Shown one piece after another: positions 49,019 through 63,700 of a stretch of 64,000 nt of DNA. The stretch covers positions 5,845,434 to 5,909,433 of the forward strand of contig CM082593.2 in assembly GCA_040954595.2 (NCBI GenBank), in the 5' to 3' direction. Numbering within the stretch: the first letter of the stretch is position 1; each line of letters starts with the position of its first letter. The notes below the pieces were generated by a model. It was not told the DNA's origin. It saw only the letters and a program-made list of their open reading frames with translations, and did not search any database. The translations under genes and the position numbers were made by a program. Origin of the DNA: Balanoglossus misakiensis (lineage: Eukaryota > Animalia > Hemichordata).

Positions 49019-51388
49019 AATTCAGTGTGGTTTAGTATTTGATCAGTTGAGATACACGGTTCCAATAGCCTTGTCTGTCACCTTAGACACAGTAACTAAT
49101 GTTGGGAATTCGTCTCGGACAAGGAAACTTCAAATCTTCGGCTGGACAGCAGCTCGATACGGAATATTCCGGAAATTGCAGGTGCTATATCACAACGAAC
49201 ATGAATGTACGTTGAGGACAGTGTTGTATGTTTCGGGTCGATCGAGTGTACACACAACACGACTCGTTGCACTCACACACCACCGGCTGCTGAAAGTTCC
49301 TGTCCTGCGACCAGCACGGCAGGATTGTGCCAAAATAGGGGATGAGGCAGAGAAACTGAACGCTACTATTTTCCAGAAGACATCCCGGTATAGCGGTACA
49401 ACTCTTTCTTTGGCTGTGGACAGTGTGGTTTGCTTTCTTGAAATCGGAAATATTGAATGAGGTTGTTTGGTGTTTCTGTACTCTATAGCGTACTTTTCGT
49501 AAGGTCAACCCTAGCGGGCGTCCTCAGGACTATAACTTTAGAAGGGGGGGGGGGTAAATCTAGATGGATTCAGTTTGATATTTCAGTGTCAAATACGACC
49601 CAACTCCGTTCCCCTGGCCGTGGCCCATCCCTTCGTAATAACTTAAACTTCCCCATATTATTAATATAGTACATATATGCAGAAGATTAGACGTGCGCCA
49701 TGCCCTAAAGGCGATTGACCTTTTCAAATTTCATGGTTATACCTGCACCGTAAGAAACAACTGCAAAAAACTTACAAGTCATCGGTTACTGATAATGTTA
49801 CACTTATAAAACATTGTGTCCGAAAGAGATGATTTACAGATAGCGGCCTTTGGTTTGATAGTAGTAAGATAGCTGCAATAATAAATTGTAGCCTTGGTGA
49901 GCTGGTTATTGCAGCTATAGGCCTAGTACATGTACCATGAAATTCTCAAAAAAGTTTTCTGTGCACGGTCTCTCTCTCTCTTTCCATCCGACCCACTTTA
50001 GGCGAGGATTATAATAATCCAAATAAAACCACTTTGAACAAGCGCGTGTTTAGTTTAAGCATAAGCTGTCTGTAGTTTAAGATTTAATCGAAGTAATCTT
50101 TATCACAGTTTTTATTTTCATTCAGTAACCAGTCATAGAACTATTCGTCACTTGAGGGCGCTATCGTTATCCATTGGGTGTCATGCAGCTTACAACTTGG
50201 ATCGGCATACGTTGGGTCTTCTAAAAGACAGTGACTAAACTGAAGAAGGGTCGTTTTAAAAATCTATTAAGTTTAGTTCATCGGCCCTTGTTCGGGTGTC
50301 TCCCCCTCTCTATGTTGTGTGCGTGTGCGTATATACACGCACGCGTCACTGTAAACTCTTGATATTTGATATTAAATTATAAATGTTGCCTAAACACTTC
50401 GACACTAGAGAGAATTTTATTATGCCAGTGGAATATTAAGTTTTCCTCTGAGTTAATTGTAAGCATGGTCCTGAAGTCATTATGCGCATCTTGATAGAGT
50501 TTGGCAGCTTTGTCGCTCTTTAATGTGAAGTGAACACGCGATTGACCTAAAACTAGAGACAAATTTTATTTTTCAAAGCGGCAAAACCATCGCATTTGTG
50601 TGATATGGGAACTTTTGATACGTTTTTATGAACATAACATGGTTGCCTGTAAACGCGTGGACATTTAATTTATAATATCACCACTTGCGAGATCGTACGA
50701 ATGCCAGTGAGAATTTAGCGACAATGCGCACTTTGTGGCGTTATACCTGTTTTGCGCGAAGACCGCGTCGCGGACACATACTCAGGAATTTTGGCACTAG
50801 TCCGAGCTACAAGACTCGCTCCACTGTCTATATGTTGCCAGCAATCGCCGGCTTAGGGGTTCTCAACCCTTTGATCGACATCCATGGTGACGAAGTGACC
50901 TATATGACCTTTCAGAGAGAGGCAACGGTGGCATAAACACCGCCCGACTTAAATTACACACTGACAGTTCAACAGAGGTTAGCAAGAGGTCGACCAACGC
51001 TGCACGCTTCACACAGAACTGAGCAGGCGCAGTTTACAGTTCTCACTATTCCTTACGGGAAAGCAGCCTAAAGCTCTTTAAACCTCTCAAATGTTGCGAC
51101 AGGTTCAAAAAAATTAACAGTAAATACACATTAAAGGGATATTTTCAAAAGATAAAGTTTTAATTTACGAAAAAGACAAAGGTAGGGGCTCGTGGCGACC
51201 GCCCAGAAATTACAAATAGCTCTATAGGTCCTCGTGGCCTCATTTTCGATTTAACACCTGCTCCCCTACGTTTGTACATATATGTATATTCACCGCCACG
51301 GTCCAGAGATCATGAAATAAAAAACCGCATGGGCACCATGCAAGGAGTGACCTTGAGTTATCATTCCGACCTATTTTCTCACAGAATG

Positions 51389-51483
51389 TCATTCATTCAT
51401 TCATTCATTCATTCATTCATTCATTCATTCATTCATTCATTCATTCATTCATTCATTCATTCATTCATTCATTCATTCATTCA
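51389..51483. repeat. (TCAT)n microsatellite
   Basis: ~23 perfect TCAT units. Confidence 0.95.
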
Positions 51484-51805
51484 CTTCCACTCTCTTCAAC
51501 AGAAAGGGCGGCGTTGCTGTTACAGGCAATGATTTGGCTATTTTCGTTTTAGGTGCAGGAGGAGTAATTTATGGCATGTTAACCGACAGAAGGTGTGTCG
51601 TACGTAGGTCGTGAGAGTTCCTTGTTCGTCCTGAGTACAGGTACACGGGGCATGACGTGTAAATGCCGTGCTACTGTGCGTACCATAAATGTTGTTTCTT
51701 TTGAAATCTCGGAGGAGTAGGCATGGTGTGGGAGGATAAAATATAGTTTCCCACGAAAAATATGGTATATGAAAATTAGCGAATTTGACACTCATCCCTA
51801 GACAG

Positions 51806-51925
<120 letters not shown>

Positions 51926-53166
51926 TTCCCTAGTAATTGGAAATTTTGCAAATTCAGGTCAAAGTTAACATTGATAATGAAGTTTACGGGTCAACTGTCA
52001 TTGTAACCAAAGGTCAACAGTGATGTCAACGTAATAGACAACCTTGTGGCGACACAAAGCGACAGGGGGCGTTACGTTTTTAAAGTGACTTTCAATTTTG
52101 TCTCCAAACAGAACGACGTAGGCCCATTTATTGGTTGGTTCAAGTAAGTTGCGATCATCATCTGATCGACGAATGCATTTGTCTCTTGAATCGTTTAATC
52201 GGCAAAGTAATTCACCATGTCCGATTTAAAAGTGTGCAGATCGCCTCAGGCCGAGTGCGATTTGATGAACCCGAAGTCTACCTGCCAATCAAAATCGCAT
52301 CGCAGTGAAGAACATGAAAAACTGGCGGGTACAAGAACGGGTTCGCAAATAAAGGGGGAATACGCACTATGTGCCGATTTCTTTTGAGGCCCTCGTGTCC
52401 TAAATAGAACTTTGGCACACGGGACCTGTCAATATTTTTCGAGCGAAGGTCAAGGTGCAGGCTTATAATCTAGACCGGGGCAGGTCAATCGTAGCCCTAG
52501 GAATATCAGTTAACGTTCGTGGTGCAGCTTAGATAACAGCGCGGCACCGAAAAGACTTTGCGCTACTTTGAACGACTCCGACCAAAGAAAAGAATTTCAC
52601 GTGATATTTGAACTATGCAAGCTATTCTTTTTTTTTTTATTTCTGAGACATATGTGACCACAATGTGATATCGAGTGGGCGCATTGACAGTGTTTTTACC
52701 GACCCTGTTGTCAAGACTACCATACCTGATCCGGTTCATTGGTCGGAGATAATTCTTAAACGCAAACAGAGCGTGAACGTGTCGTTGGAAATTACGATTT
52801 AGTTTCTCTTTTGGAGATTTGGATATAATCCGTTTGTATTTGCGGGGATGGGCAGACAATTTTTGTAAACATGGATGTCTAGAAATGTTTCTTTTCCATG
52901 GTAACTAGGCCAATTTACTAATCTTGGCACCGTCAGACTTGTCACAACGTGCACCCCCTCCCCAAGTGTACAGTTTCGCAGAATTTTATATGGCGCATTC
53001 AAACCTTCGACTTTTCTTGATTAATCGCTTCCTCGTTGCGTGATATTTCATCGACGTTCATTAGGTGTAAAAGTTCACGACTTGTCGAGAGTTGAAATAT
53101 TGACCCGTGGGGCATGAAATTTCCAGTGAGTTAGGCGGTCTGCGTACAAAGCCAAAGCCATTATTT

Positions 53167-53230
53167 CAAACATGGCGTTGTCCTAAATCGTCCAAATCAA
53201 GCTTTCTCTGAATATATGTCGCAGGTGAGT
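53167..53230 (+). promoter_or_regulatory. Putative 5' non-coding exon end of the zinc-finger gene
   Basis: CpG-rich region, YY1-type AAACATGGCG at ~53168 and strong donor CAG|GTGAGT at 53224/53225; candidate acceptor TTTTTCTTCAG at 60662, upstream of the ATG. Confidence 0.4.
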
Positions 53231-56200
53231 GAAAAACCCTTTCCTTGTTTTAGAGAACATCAGATAATACTCTCATGTATCACGTAGCAAGTTTTGTCGG
53301 CTCTGTTGTGCATTTTCCGCCGTGTAAAAATGCAGTAAATGTCGCGCAATATTAGCCTCCGACCTTAACTTGTGCAACATTAATGACCTTATGTGACCTT
53401 TTGTCTAGACGAACGTGCCGAAGTCTAAGCTTCTCGGACTTTATGCGCAAAACGTGCCGTAAATATTAACCATTTAAATGCGTGTGACGACGGTTCATGC
53501 ATCGCTTTCTTTCCAGGTGATAGACGAAGAAGTAACACTGAAGCGCAACGAGTGTTTAAGGCGGTAAAAGCGCGGCAGGTAATGAAAACAGCGACAAAGG
53601 TAAGTCATGACACCGGCAATATACACGGCGTCTGTGTGCGTGATCGAGCAGGTATGACCGAAAACAGTGTTGTCAGCAATCGGAACTTGAATTTGGCGTC
53701 GAAATGTCACAAATTTGCCAAAGTTCACCAGCATCAAAGTAAAAGGATAATATTTTTTCTTATTTTACAGGATGAAATTTGTCTTCCGCTTTTGAGTTTT
53801 ATTTAAAATGTAGAGAATTACTAGTAGAAGTGGCATATGTGCTGCGTTGGCGCGTTCGTCGGATAAATTTGCCGAGCTTTATTTATGAGCCATAGTCGCG
53901 TTGCCACAAATAGAAACGGAGAACTGTCATAGTTTCGGTTTTCAGATTCTTATCAAATTTTCCGCGAACATTTTGAAATAAAAGCGACGTTTCCTTGGGC
54001 GACAAACCTGTGATATCATCGTTTGACAGGCCGGGGACGTTTGATTTGCAAAGCGAAGCTCACGGCTACTGTGCATTTTTTTTTACATCGGGCATTTACA
54101 TATTTCATGGTAAATCTTGAAATTTTATTGGACATTCATGATAAAATTATGTATAATTTCATTTTATGGCATGTTGAAACACCGTTTCCCAGGTACTAGC
54201 TAGTAGGTTTCATGCAAGCTACCTGGGTTCTTAGTTTAAGTGGGCGGGGCTTGCATAATTAATGCTAATTTACATAAAACAGCTCAGGTACTGATTCTGG
54301 GAGATTTTTTGTTTTCCTATAAACCCACCATACATACAGATAACGTTCAACTTCTTAAGGATAATATTTTTCAACTTCTTAAAGTTGTCCGTTGAACCAC
54401 TGAATTGAGGTCAGGGGTCAGAGTTCAACTTCGACCCACCATGCCTTTGAAATGCTGACCCAGTACATTATGTAGATGGGTTTAATTCATGAAAAAGAAA
54501 CCTTGGTCAAACTTACATTCTTTGGTTTGTTTACCTGGCCATGTCTTATTGACTGGCCACTTAAACTTGATACTCAGAAACTGAATTTTAAAGGGATATA
54601 TTGTAATTCAAGGTTAAGAAAATGGCTATTGGTTTTTGAACTTGTTTCCGACAATCTGCAAATAGCTGTAAAGGACAAATGCTGACCTTAGGAATTTACA
54701 GAGTGACTTCAACATGCCTTACAAAGTGGAGGAAGCTCCACTTAAAATGTTTCCTTTATAGATAAACTCTCTCTACTTTGAGAACTACAATTATTAATAC
54801 TGTCTTAGGTGGTATGACTGAGGTGACAGGGAGTCAAATATAGATCACACGGTAAAATGATAACATGTCAAAAAATTGTGTTGATGAAGTAATGTATTGT
54901 TAACAAATACATTGCATTGAATATATGTAAGAAAAAAAGATATAGGATGAACATTAGTGCAGACGTCTGCCCACGATGTTCAACTTTTGACATTTTGGTA
55001 AAAGTGAAAGTTACCAACTGTAGCGGAGCATACTTTCATTGAGGAGACTTGCAATGCATTGTGGGTAAATGCCATTTCGTGACTGAAACCTACTGGAGTC
55101 CTGTGTGCAGTATAAAAAAACACAGTTTTATGGGCTGAGAGATCATGACCCTTGGTGATTATTTGTTGCAGGTCCTCCGGTCAAACAGTTTCATAAAACA
55201 GCGTGACTATAATGAGGTCATTTTCCATTCCAGTTTACAGACCAAAAGTAAACAGCTGTAATACCAAGGAGAGAAAACAACATCATTAGTTTCAATGTTG
55301 ATTACCTAATATTTTTTTATTGATAATGACACACAGCTCTTCATTAGTTTTATCAGGAATTATTCTGGGATTTACCTGTCCCCTTTTCCTCTATCAAGAA
55401 GAAAAACATCAGAATAATGGTCTTTGTTCCCCCAGGCCCAATTGCATACCAGTACCATTGTCTTTTGGTTTCAGGTGATCGCTATCTGAGTTCAGATTCA
55501 GGTCAAACTGGTCCCGCACTCTGCAAAAGGTTATACTTCATTCCAGAAGTTGTAGTGGTTTGTTAATGTTACGCGTTATACTGATAATTGTTTAAATGAT
55601 ATAAATTTGCGTAGGAGTGATAGGTTGTAAAACTGAGAATCAGGAAATCAAAGTCTAAAATGAAAGAAAAAAAATTACATTTCCTCAACGGGTCGTGACT
55701 TGACAATAAGCTAAATTTAATGTTGACTCACTGGAGAGGCATGATGGAGGTGGGTGGCAAAACAAATAGGGGCAGGGTCTCTGGGTGACATTTTAATAAA
55801 CCGAAACTTTGATCTGAGTGTCAACCAGGTGAGAATTGTCTTTTGTTATCGGGACTGTCTGCATGCATTGTCTGGGTTGTGTGGCACACAGTAACCAAAA
55901 TCAGAAGCTGCCAGCATTGGAGGAAGTAGAGGTGATACCGTTTGGTTTCTGAGGAGTTTGTCCCCACAATCTCCAGCACAGTCACAACTGTATATGTTGT
56001 TTACTAATAAGGAGTTCACACCTTTAGAGCCCCATGAGCTGTTGTAGCATATATTAACGATAAATACTAGCTGTGAATAATTTTATCGTATGGCAAGTGT
56101 GCCATAGTCACGAAAAATATATTTCACATGTGTATACAGTAGCAAAATTGTGTGAATATTACGATGTTATCAGGTGTTATCAGGTTTTTTGTGTGGATAT

Positions 56201-59200
56201 TTGGAGAAAAAAAATCAGCTCGTAGGTAAAAGAAAGTTTTTTTTCTGATGGGGATAAAGTGTCTGTTGGATACAGTAGGATATCATCATCTACCCTCAGG
56301 AAGGGTTAATGGTTGACCGGACTTATAAGGTGGTACACTTTCAATGATGAGTGACCTGTTTCCACTCCTTACAGCTTGCATTGACCAACTTTTGTTAAAA
56401 AAACAGAAATTAAGGAGCTCGCAGAGTGCAGCGATTGTGCACATTTGGAAAATTTCCAACCAGAACGCGCTGCTTCCTTGGGGGGACGTGACAGTTTAGA
56501 GTATTGCGCATGGCAGATGGTCGCCGGTATAACTTGAGCCCTTTCAGTTCGCGATGTCAAGACTTCTAGTGCTTGATTGATGGATTGGTCGGCAAACAGT
56601 GAGCGTTGGGGGGCAAAGGTCGCTGCGTTTGTTGATGATCGTAACCTAGGGCAGTGGTTGTCGACATGGTATGAATGGTTCACTTCACAAGAACATCTGA
56701 AAGGCCCCAGAGGACCTTTGACCTAAAAAATTCCAGATCTGTGGTACAGATTTGTGATGGGTAATCAGTGACTCCTTTTTCTGTATTTTAATGGCGTGGA
56801 TAAAAAAAATTTATTACAATATTAAAATCTAGAGTATCTCTAGTTCTGTGGAGTGAATTAGCATCATCTAGCGTTTTCACGTATTTGCGATAAGATTTTT
56901 TTTGTAATTTTCAGATTTGAGAATCCATAGATTAGAAGTTCTGTCAATCGTCAGTGAAACGCCCTTTCACATTTTACACCGTAAAAACCAGCGACACAAT
57001 ATATCTTTTGTGGCTTATTGGAACACGACCTAGATTTGGAGTCGTGAGCGATCAGTTGAGTTCGGGTCATGACAAGCTCCTCTGTATACAGTGTATGTAG
57101 AGGTCAAGGCCTGACCTCTGACCTCCGGGGAAATAAAAATAGGAATGTTGTCACGTACACAAAGCATGCCCCTGTTCTGACAACAAGGTAAATATTACAC
57201 GAACTCTTCACACCATTAAGATATCCGCGCTCGGCGTGTCGCACTCTATCGGTTAGTATTCTGAATTTTTCTTCTTATCGCTTAATTTCAGACTTTAAAA
57301 TTTACTGTAAAATTGTGATCACCCGCATGTTAAACTTGCAGGTCACTGAAGTTTACCGTTGACCTACTTGAATCATGAGTGAGATATTTTCTACTGGGTT
57401 CGCTAATCTTTCTTTGTTTCAAACTATCAAATGTGTGAAAAACTATAACTTTGGTGACTGTTTCGATGTAAAATGACTGCTAAATTTTAAAATGTTCATT
57501 GTTTTTAAGTTTTATCTGATTTGTGACTTTTTCAGATCACCTTTTTTGATATAAAAGGCAGACAAAAATTAATTTTAACACGGGATATAAAAAAACGCAA
57601 TCGCACATGTCAATCTTTGATGCGTAAAAGGAATGAAGTGGTGTGAACGTAATGTATTTATAGGCGTGATGTGACCTTAAGTTCACCTGTAGAGCACAAT
57701 CTGTCTTATCGTCTGTGCTAGTATAAATATTTCTGCCAGGAAAAAAATATTTTATGAAATATGAAGCTTTGTACCTTGATTACAATGAACAGTGTAAATC
57801 TCATAAACTACTGTCTAATTTCATGTTGTATTTATTTTACAATGTGTGCATTTCAACAAAGAGCAACACTGGACAAAAAGCTCTGATGAAATATGAAATG
57901 TGCGGATAATTTATACGCACTCTTGTTTCTTGTTAAAAAGTGGCTATCACTCGCCACATACAATATTATCGGGATACCGATTTTCTCAGGAAACAGTAAT
58001 AACCTTTGACCCATACACACTTCATAACAGCAGATGGCTTTATTGACACAGTCAGTAGTCTTGTTTAAAGAAAATACTGTTTGGTTCCGCTACTGTGCAA
58101 AGGTTGATGAGAAATTTGCCATGTCATGTATCTTTGACCGTAATTTTGACTTTTTTTGCTTCATGATTTTTTTCTCATAATCAAAATTATCTTGCTACAA
58201 TAGTACAAGTTCAAGTGTGCAGTATAGATCAGAATCAAGTTTACCATCTGGGTCAGCTCTCCACTAAGCCACTGTTTACATAGTATGTAAGGAGAGCTAT
58301 GGACTAATGATAACCCATCTATAGTTCAAGAACTTTAATATTTTATGAATTGTAGATGTAGCCCACTCACCCCTAATTCATAAGTGCGAGAGTCCCCTAT
58401 GCCATTGGATAGTGTGTGGTCAAACCAAGTTGTGAGAGCTTGAAGGGTCAAAAAAAGATAACAAAGAGCAAATGGGGTTTTTCAAAATCCCTTATTTATT
58501 ATTTTATCCACACATGACACTGTAGCATGGCATCTGTGAAAGCTTACTGTAGACATTGTTCCTCATTTCATCTTGTCCGATACAGAAATTTGGCAACATG
58601 CGGAAAAAAAGAATTCCGCGATATGCTTGGTACAAATAGCCTTCATTCAATTTCGAGCCAAAGTAGATGGAAACCACCTCTAAACGATTGAATAGAATCT
58701 CCATGAGTCAGAGGAAACTGGTGGTCAAACCAAGACACACAGGAAGCGGGGAGGGGGCCAAAGGTTAAGGCTGTCGTCAAGCAAGAGGGGGGTCTGTTCA
58801 ACAAAAGATGCTCTAGATGCCAGCTGTGTGCCCTTTTTGAAATCCAGCGATGGCCATGACCTCAAGTGACATACCTTTCACGTCAGGTGATGTGTAGTAC
58901 AACGTTGGGAAGTTACCAAGGTCACGTCAATACACCACAATATACCCGTGTCAGTTTTGTAAACACTGGAGAAAATAGCCCCCCCTTTTTCCACCTGGCA
59001 GTGTGTTTGATCGAGGCGTGTTAAGTTGCACTTCCAATGCGTTGTGTTATTGCAGATGACACGTACCATACTATGGCATGGACACACCGTAAGTTCACTC
59101 ACATATCCATCGTTCGTACATTACACAATGCATCACTAACTTTCATTTTTTTCCTTTGGCGATAATTTAATGATTTCCTACAATAACTTTCAAGCTTACA

Positions 59201-60743
59201 GAGAATTTTTTCCTAATTTTTCTGTCAGAGGAACGAAAGATCTGAAGATGCAAAATCATACCTTTCCAGTTTATGGGTTTCGTCATCATCAATGACCAAT
59301 TTTTAGGGACCTATTTAACTCAACATCAGCATTTTTTTGTGGCTGTAAAAACAGTATAGATTTTTTGGAAACGTTTTCTTAGGCAATTTAAATTTATTAT
59401 GGAAAAAAAATTGTGTTTTCATGTCCTGTGAATGACCGCACTAGGAGAGGTCATCTATAATTGTCTCATAAACAACCTTTGTCAGGTCATGTGCAAACTA
59501 GGCCACATTTGATGAGCTGAGCAAACAGCAAATAGGGCGGGAACAACTACACTCACCTAGGTGAGGTCACAGATACGACACTCGTAGTGCAGTTTCTAAA
59601 AAAAAACGCTCACCAAATCTGTATTCATATCATTTTCATTTGCGCTTCAATGTAGTAATCACATCGTTTTGTTTTAGCCAAATGTGTGTGCATTCGGACG
59701 ACCAGAAATGCCTTTGCAAAATTTGAATGATGAAAAACATTTCATTGATTTTAAAAAAAGGTTGTTCTTGTTGGCATAGTAACCAACAGTATTCTGCAGA
59801 TTTGCTTTGTCGGTCCATGGATTTTGAGTTGTTAAACATCAGTTGCTGAGTGGAATTTGTAAAATATCGCTCGTAAATCCGTGTCGATACATGTTTGCTC
59901 CGCATTTGTGATACATGTAATTATAGCGGCAGGTGATACTTTTCACAGAGATGCATTCAAGTAGAATTTTATATGTGGCATAGAAATCCACCTTTCCGGA
60001 AAAGCTTTGAAATTTCCCAGCATTCCTGTCAGGGAAAAGACTAGCTTCCTTGCTCTGTTCCAGATGGCCATGTTGAATTTCCCATCATGCCTTGTAAACT
60101 CACAGACAGTGAATTTGTTTTGAATTGGGATATGGTAGAATGAATCATGTTGGTTGCCACTGACAGTTGTAAATCAGGCGAATTCGTTAAAATAGCGCAA
60201 AAACATTCTGTCAGTTTTGGTTAATTATTAATCATAGTCGGGTGGAAATTTCCCAGATTGTGTGTTTAAATTTGTCATGTTGACCTGACTGAACTTTGGG
60301 GAGGTGAAAAGGGGATGTAAAACTCCAGAAGTTCAAACTACCGGTAGTTGACCGTTGCGTCTTGTGATATACTTTTGTCATGTTGTGTCCTCATGACGTG
60401 TGCCTGTGTTTTGAAGTTGTCAGCCAGAGGTATTCTTGTGAGGGGAGCAGATGAAAGAGCGCCGCCAGTGGTCATAAATAGCAATATTCTTGGTGGCCAG
60501 TGGACGTACATTTAATCAAAATATCTGTAGTTAGTGATGTAGAATAAAAACGCATAATTATTAGGATGCATTATTTTCTGTCTGTGTAAGCATACATGTA
60601 TTTAACTTTTGTGGTTGTGTTTGTGTGTCTGAGCTTGATTGATATTTTTTATTTTTCTTCAGGTTTATATAAGGATACATGGGAACTAATCTAAGAAGCA
60701 AGACTTTTTCTGATTGAAGTACTGTTAAAAATTCCCGGTGACC

Positions 60744-63700
60744 ATGGAGACAGCAAGAGCAGTATCTTTACAGTCACCTGAGACGATCGCAGCCAGACAG
60801 CAAAGGAATTCAGAAAGTTTGACTGATACGGAAAAAGTTCACCAGATAGATATAAAAGAAGAAGAAAAATCAGATTCCGGTTTGACCTCCATTCCGCATG
60901 GGATGACCAGTCTGGATGGTCGTGTGGGAGAAGGCACATCCGGCGGCGCAACTGGGAAAAGACGAGGTGGACGCCGGCAAAGGAGACAGAAGGCACCCAA
61001 GCGGATAAATGTGATGTCGGAGATGGGAGTCATGGCCAACCAATCAGACGGCGCTGGCCGCTTCGTGACCGGCCAATCGCGGGACTTATTCAAATTCAGC
61101 CGGGCCTTGAAACAGACCAGTCAGAAGCAGCACAGCGAGGAGACGAACGCTGATGCAGCCGACGGGGACAACAACCAGATGGGGTCGTTCAGCAAAGCGC
61201 TGGTGCACCTGGCGAACCTCAGCACCTTCAAGCAAATTCTGTCCGGAATGAACACCGGCGAAACGTCGAACGAGCTGATGAACTCAAAGAGTATCGAGTC
61301 GGCGCTGAGCGGACTTGACAGGAAGCCGGTGTCTCGATACGACTTGGTGGATAATTACCGTCTTCTGTCTAACCAGACAGCGGCTGATCAGTCGAACACG
61401 AGCGAAACCTCGTCTCAGAGCAGTGACCGAATTGAAAGTCATCCAGAATTGTCCCAGAAACGATTTCCCCATGATCAACAGAAACAGGGAAGAGAGAGTC
61501 CAGAATTTAAAGATGCTCGTACCGTGACCTCTACTATCATGGTGGACAGTCAATCTGAAGGTGTTGCTCGGCACACTCCGCAGACATACAAACCACAGGA
61601 GGGCAGCTCCAGAAGTGTTTCAGGTCCTGCTACTCAAGGCAAAGGTGATGTCATGGCTGGAAAGTCAACAACTTTGCCATCTCATTGCACCACTGGACTT
61701 CCACAGGTTATTGAAAAAACAACATGTCCGTCACTTGCAGCTGAACAGAGAAAGAGGGGTTTAGATGATACTACAACGGGGCTGTCTGAACTCAATCGAT
61801 TTGCCAACAGTTATGGTGACAGAAAACATTCCGGTGTTAATGTTGCCACCCCAGTGTACAGCAGTGACCCCAACGGACCTGTGTTAGCAGCTCACAAAGA
61901 TGGGAATTTCCAAGTCAATCACAAAAGATCGAACAAAGAAATGGATCCGGTGAGCCAATATTCCCGGCCACACAGTTTTCCAGAGAATCGGACAAGTTCG
62001 CTTCACGCTCTCCTGCAATCAAACGTACCGCACAGAGTCGGTGACTTGAACAAGAATCCACCTCTGAGAGTTTCTGGAGGGCCCCTCTCTCCCGTGGCTC
62101 GCATCGCCAGGAAACCGACCGATGAGGATGAGAAAAAGCTGACCACAGACCTGCACTGGATCGAGTTCAAGAGACTGCTGGAAGAAAAAAGACAAAGTGA
62201 GGCGAGTTCGGGTCCGGCGTCGCCCAGCGAGTCCCCCGGGGGTGCCACAGCCTCCCCGCAGCACCCGGAAATTCCGACACTCCAGACATCGGCCAACATC
62301 TTCCAGTGTTCCTCGTGCAGCGTCAGCTTCCAGCACCCGCAGGCCCTGCACATGCACGGCATCCAGCAGCACGTCAAGAAGTCCCTGGAGTGCCCCGACT
62401 GCGGCCGCAAGTACCGGCTGTACTGCGGGCTGAAGCGACACCAGCTGACCAACTGTCCGCGGCGGTCGCACAGCCCCTACTTGTCCCAGGAGGCGGACTT
62501 CGCCGCGTACGGCTCGCCGAGAGTACGACACAAGTGCCACAACGAGGACAACTCGGACTGCCAACAGTGCGCACGAAACATCGACAGCATGCACGATCCC
62601 TCCCCGACCCCGAACGACCCGGCAATGTCAGGCGACCCCAGCCAAGGTCAGGTCACTCCTGCCGATGTGACCCCTCAGCCGGTGCCGGGGTCGGCAGTCA
62701 CACCAGCGGGGTCATCGGTATCCCCACAGATGGGAAACACACAGCAAGGGGAACTGGGCATGAAATCTGGTGGGCAGCTGCACGCACTGTTGAACCTAAT
62801 AAAGACAGAAAGAGCAGGTCTACCTGGTGGGGCCAAGGAGAGAGAGGACCCTGACTTGTCATCCGCCCAGAAAGTCCATCAGAGACCAGAAATCATACCC
62901 GACTACCCAACAGACCAAGGTGACCCCAGCAGAACCCTCCATGACTTTGCAGCTGTAGTGCTGGGTGCAAATGAGGTGGCTGGAGGTCAAAAGGTCACCC
63001 GGCCATTGTCTCAAGAGGAAACGAATGACAAACGCGGCTGGACGGAGGAAGTGGGAGAAACCGCAAACAAACAGACGGGCAGTAAACAAGAATACACAAG
63101 AGTTGCAGCCCGTGTACGTGTGGCTTCTGAGGGTGTGTCTGCAGTGTGTGGGGGATCTGGGCTCTCAGGTCGGGCGGATCAAGACAGAGGTAGTGTAGAG
63201 AATGATACTAGACTGTCAGCTGGCCTCCCAAGAGACAACATGGACGGCCGGCCTCTTGAGACAGGTATTGAAAAGCAAGCAAACAGTAAGATCAGCCATG
63301 TTGATTACCAGGGCAGTCCAGGGGGATCAGCTGACTGCAACAGGAACACCGCAAGTCAGGGAAGCGACCTGAAAGATGGGAAGGCAGTCGGAGAGCGGGG
63401 AACAGGTGCCGGTGCAGGTAACGGAAAAGTGGAAGGCAACGGAAAGGTGGAGATGGAAGAGCGGTACATTGAGACGACGCTGGAGCAGTTTGTCGCCACC
63501 GTCGTGTGCAAAGCCCTGACCGGGAAACTGCCGGAACTGAACAGCACTCTGAGGGACTTGTCCGATAAGCGACGTGCGCAGAAACGCGGCGGCGACCACG
63601 AAAGTGTGAACGGTGGCGAGAGTGAGGCAGGGGAAGCGCGCGTGGAGAAGGTCAGTGAAAATGCCGAGGGCAGAAAAAGTGCCAGGAAAGATGATGTTTT

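Noticed and set aside
48813-49460. 215-aa + strand ORF
   Set aside because: Antisense to ZDHHC6 exon 1 and its CpG-rich 5' region; no recognisable domain.
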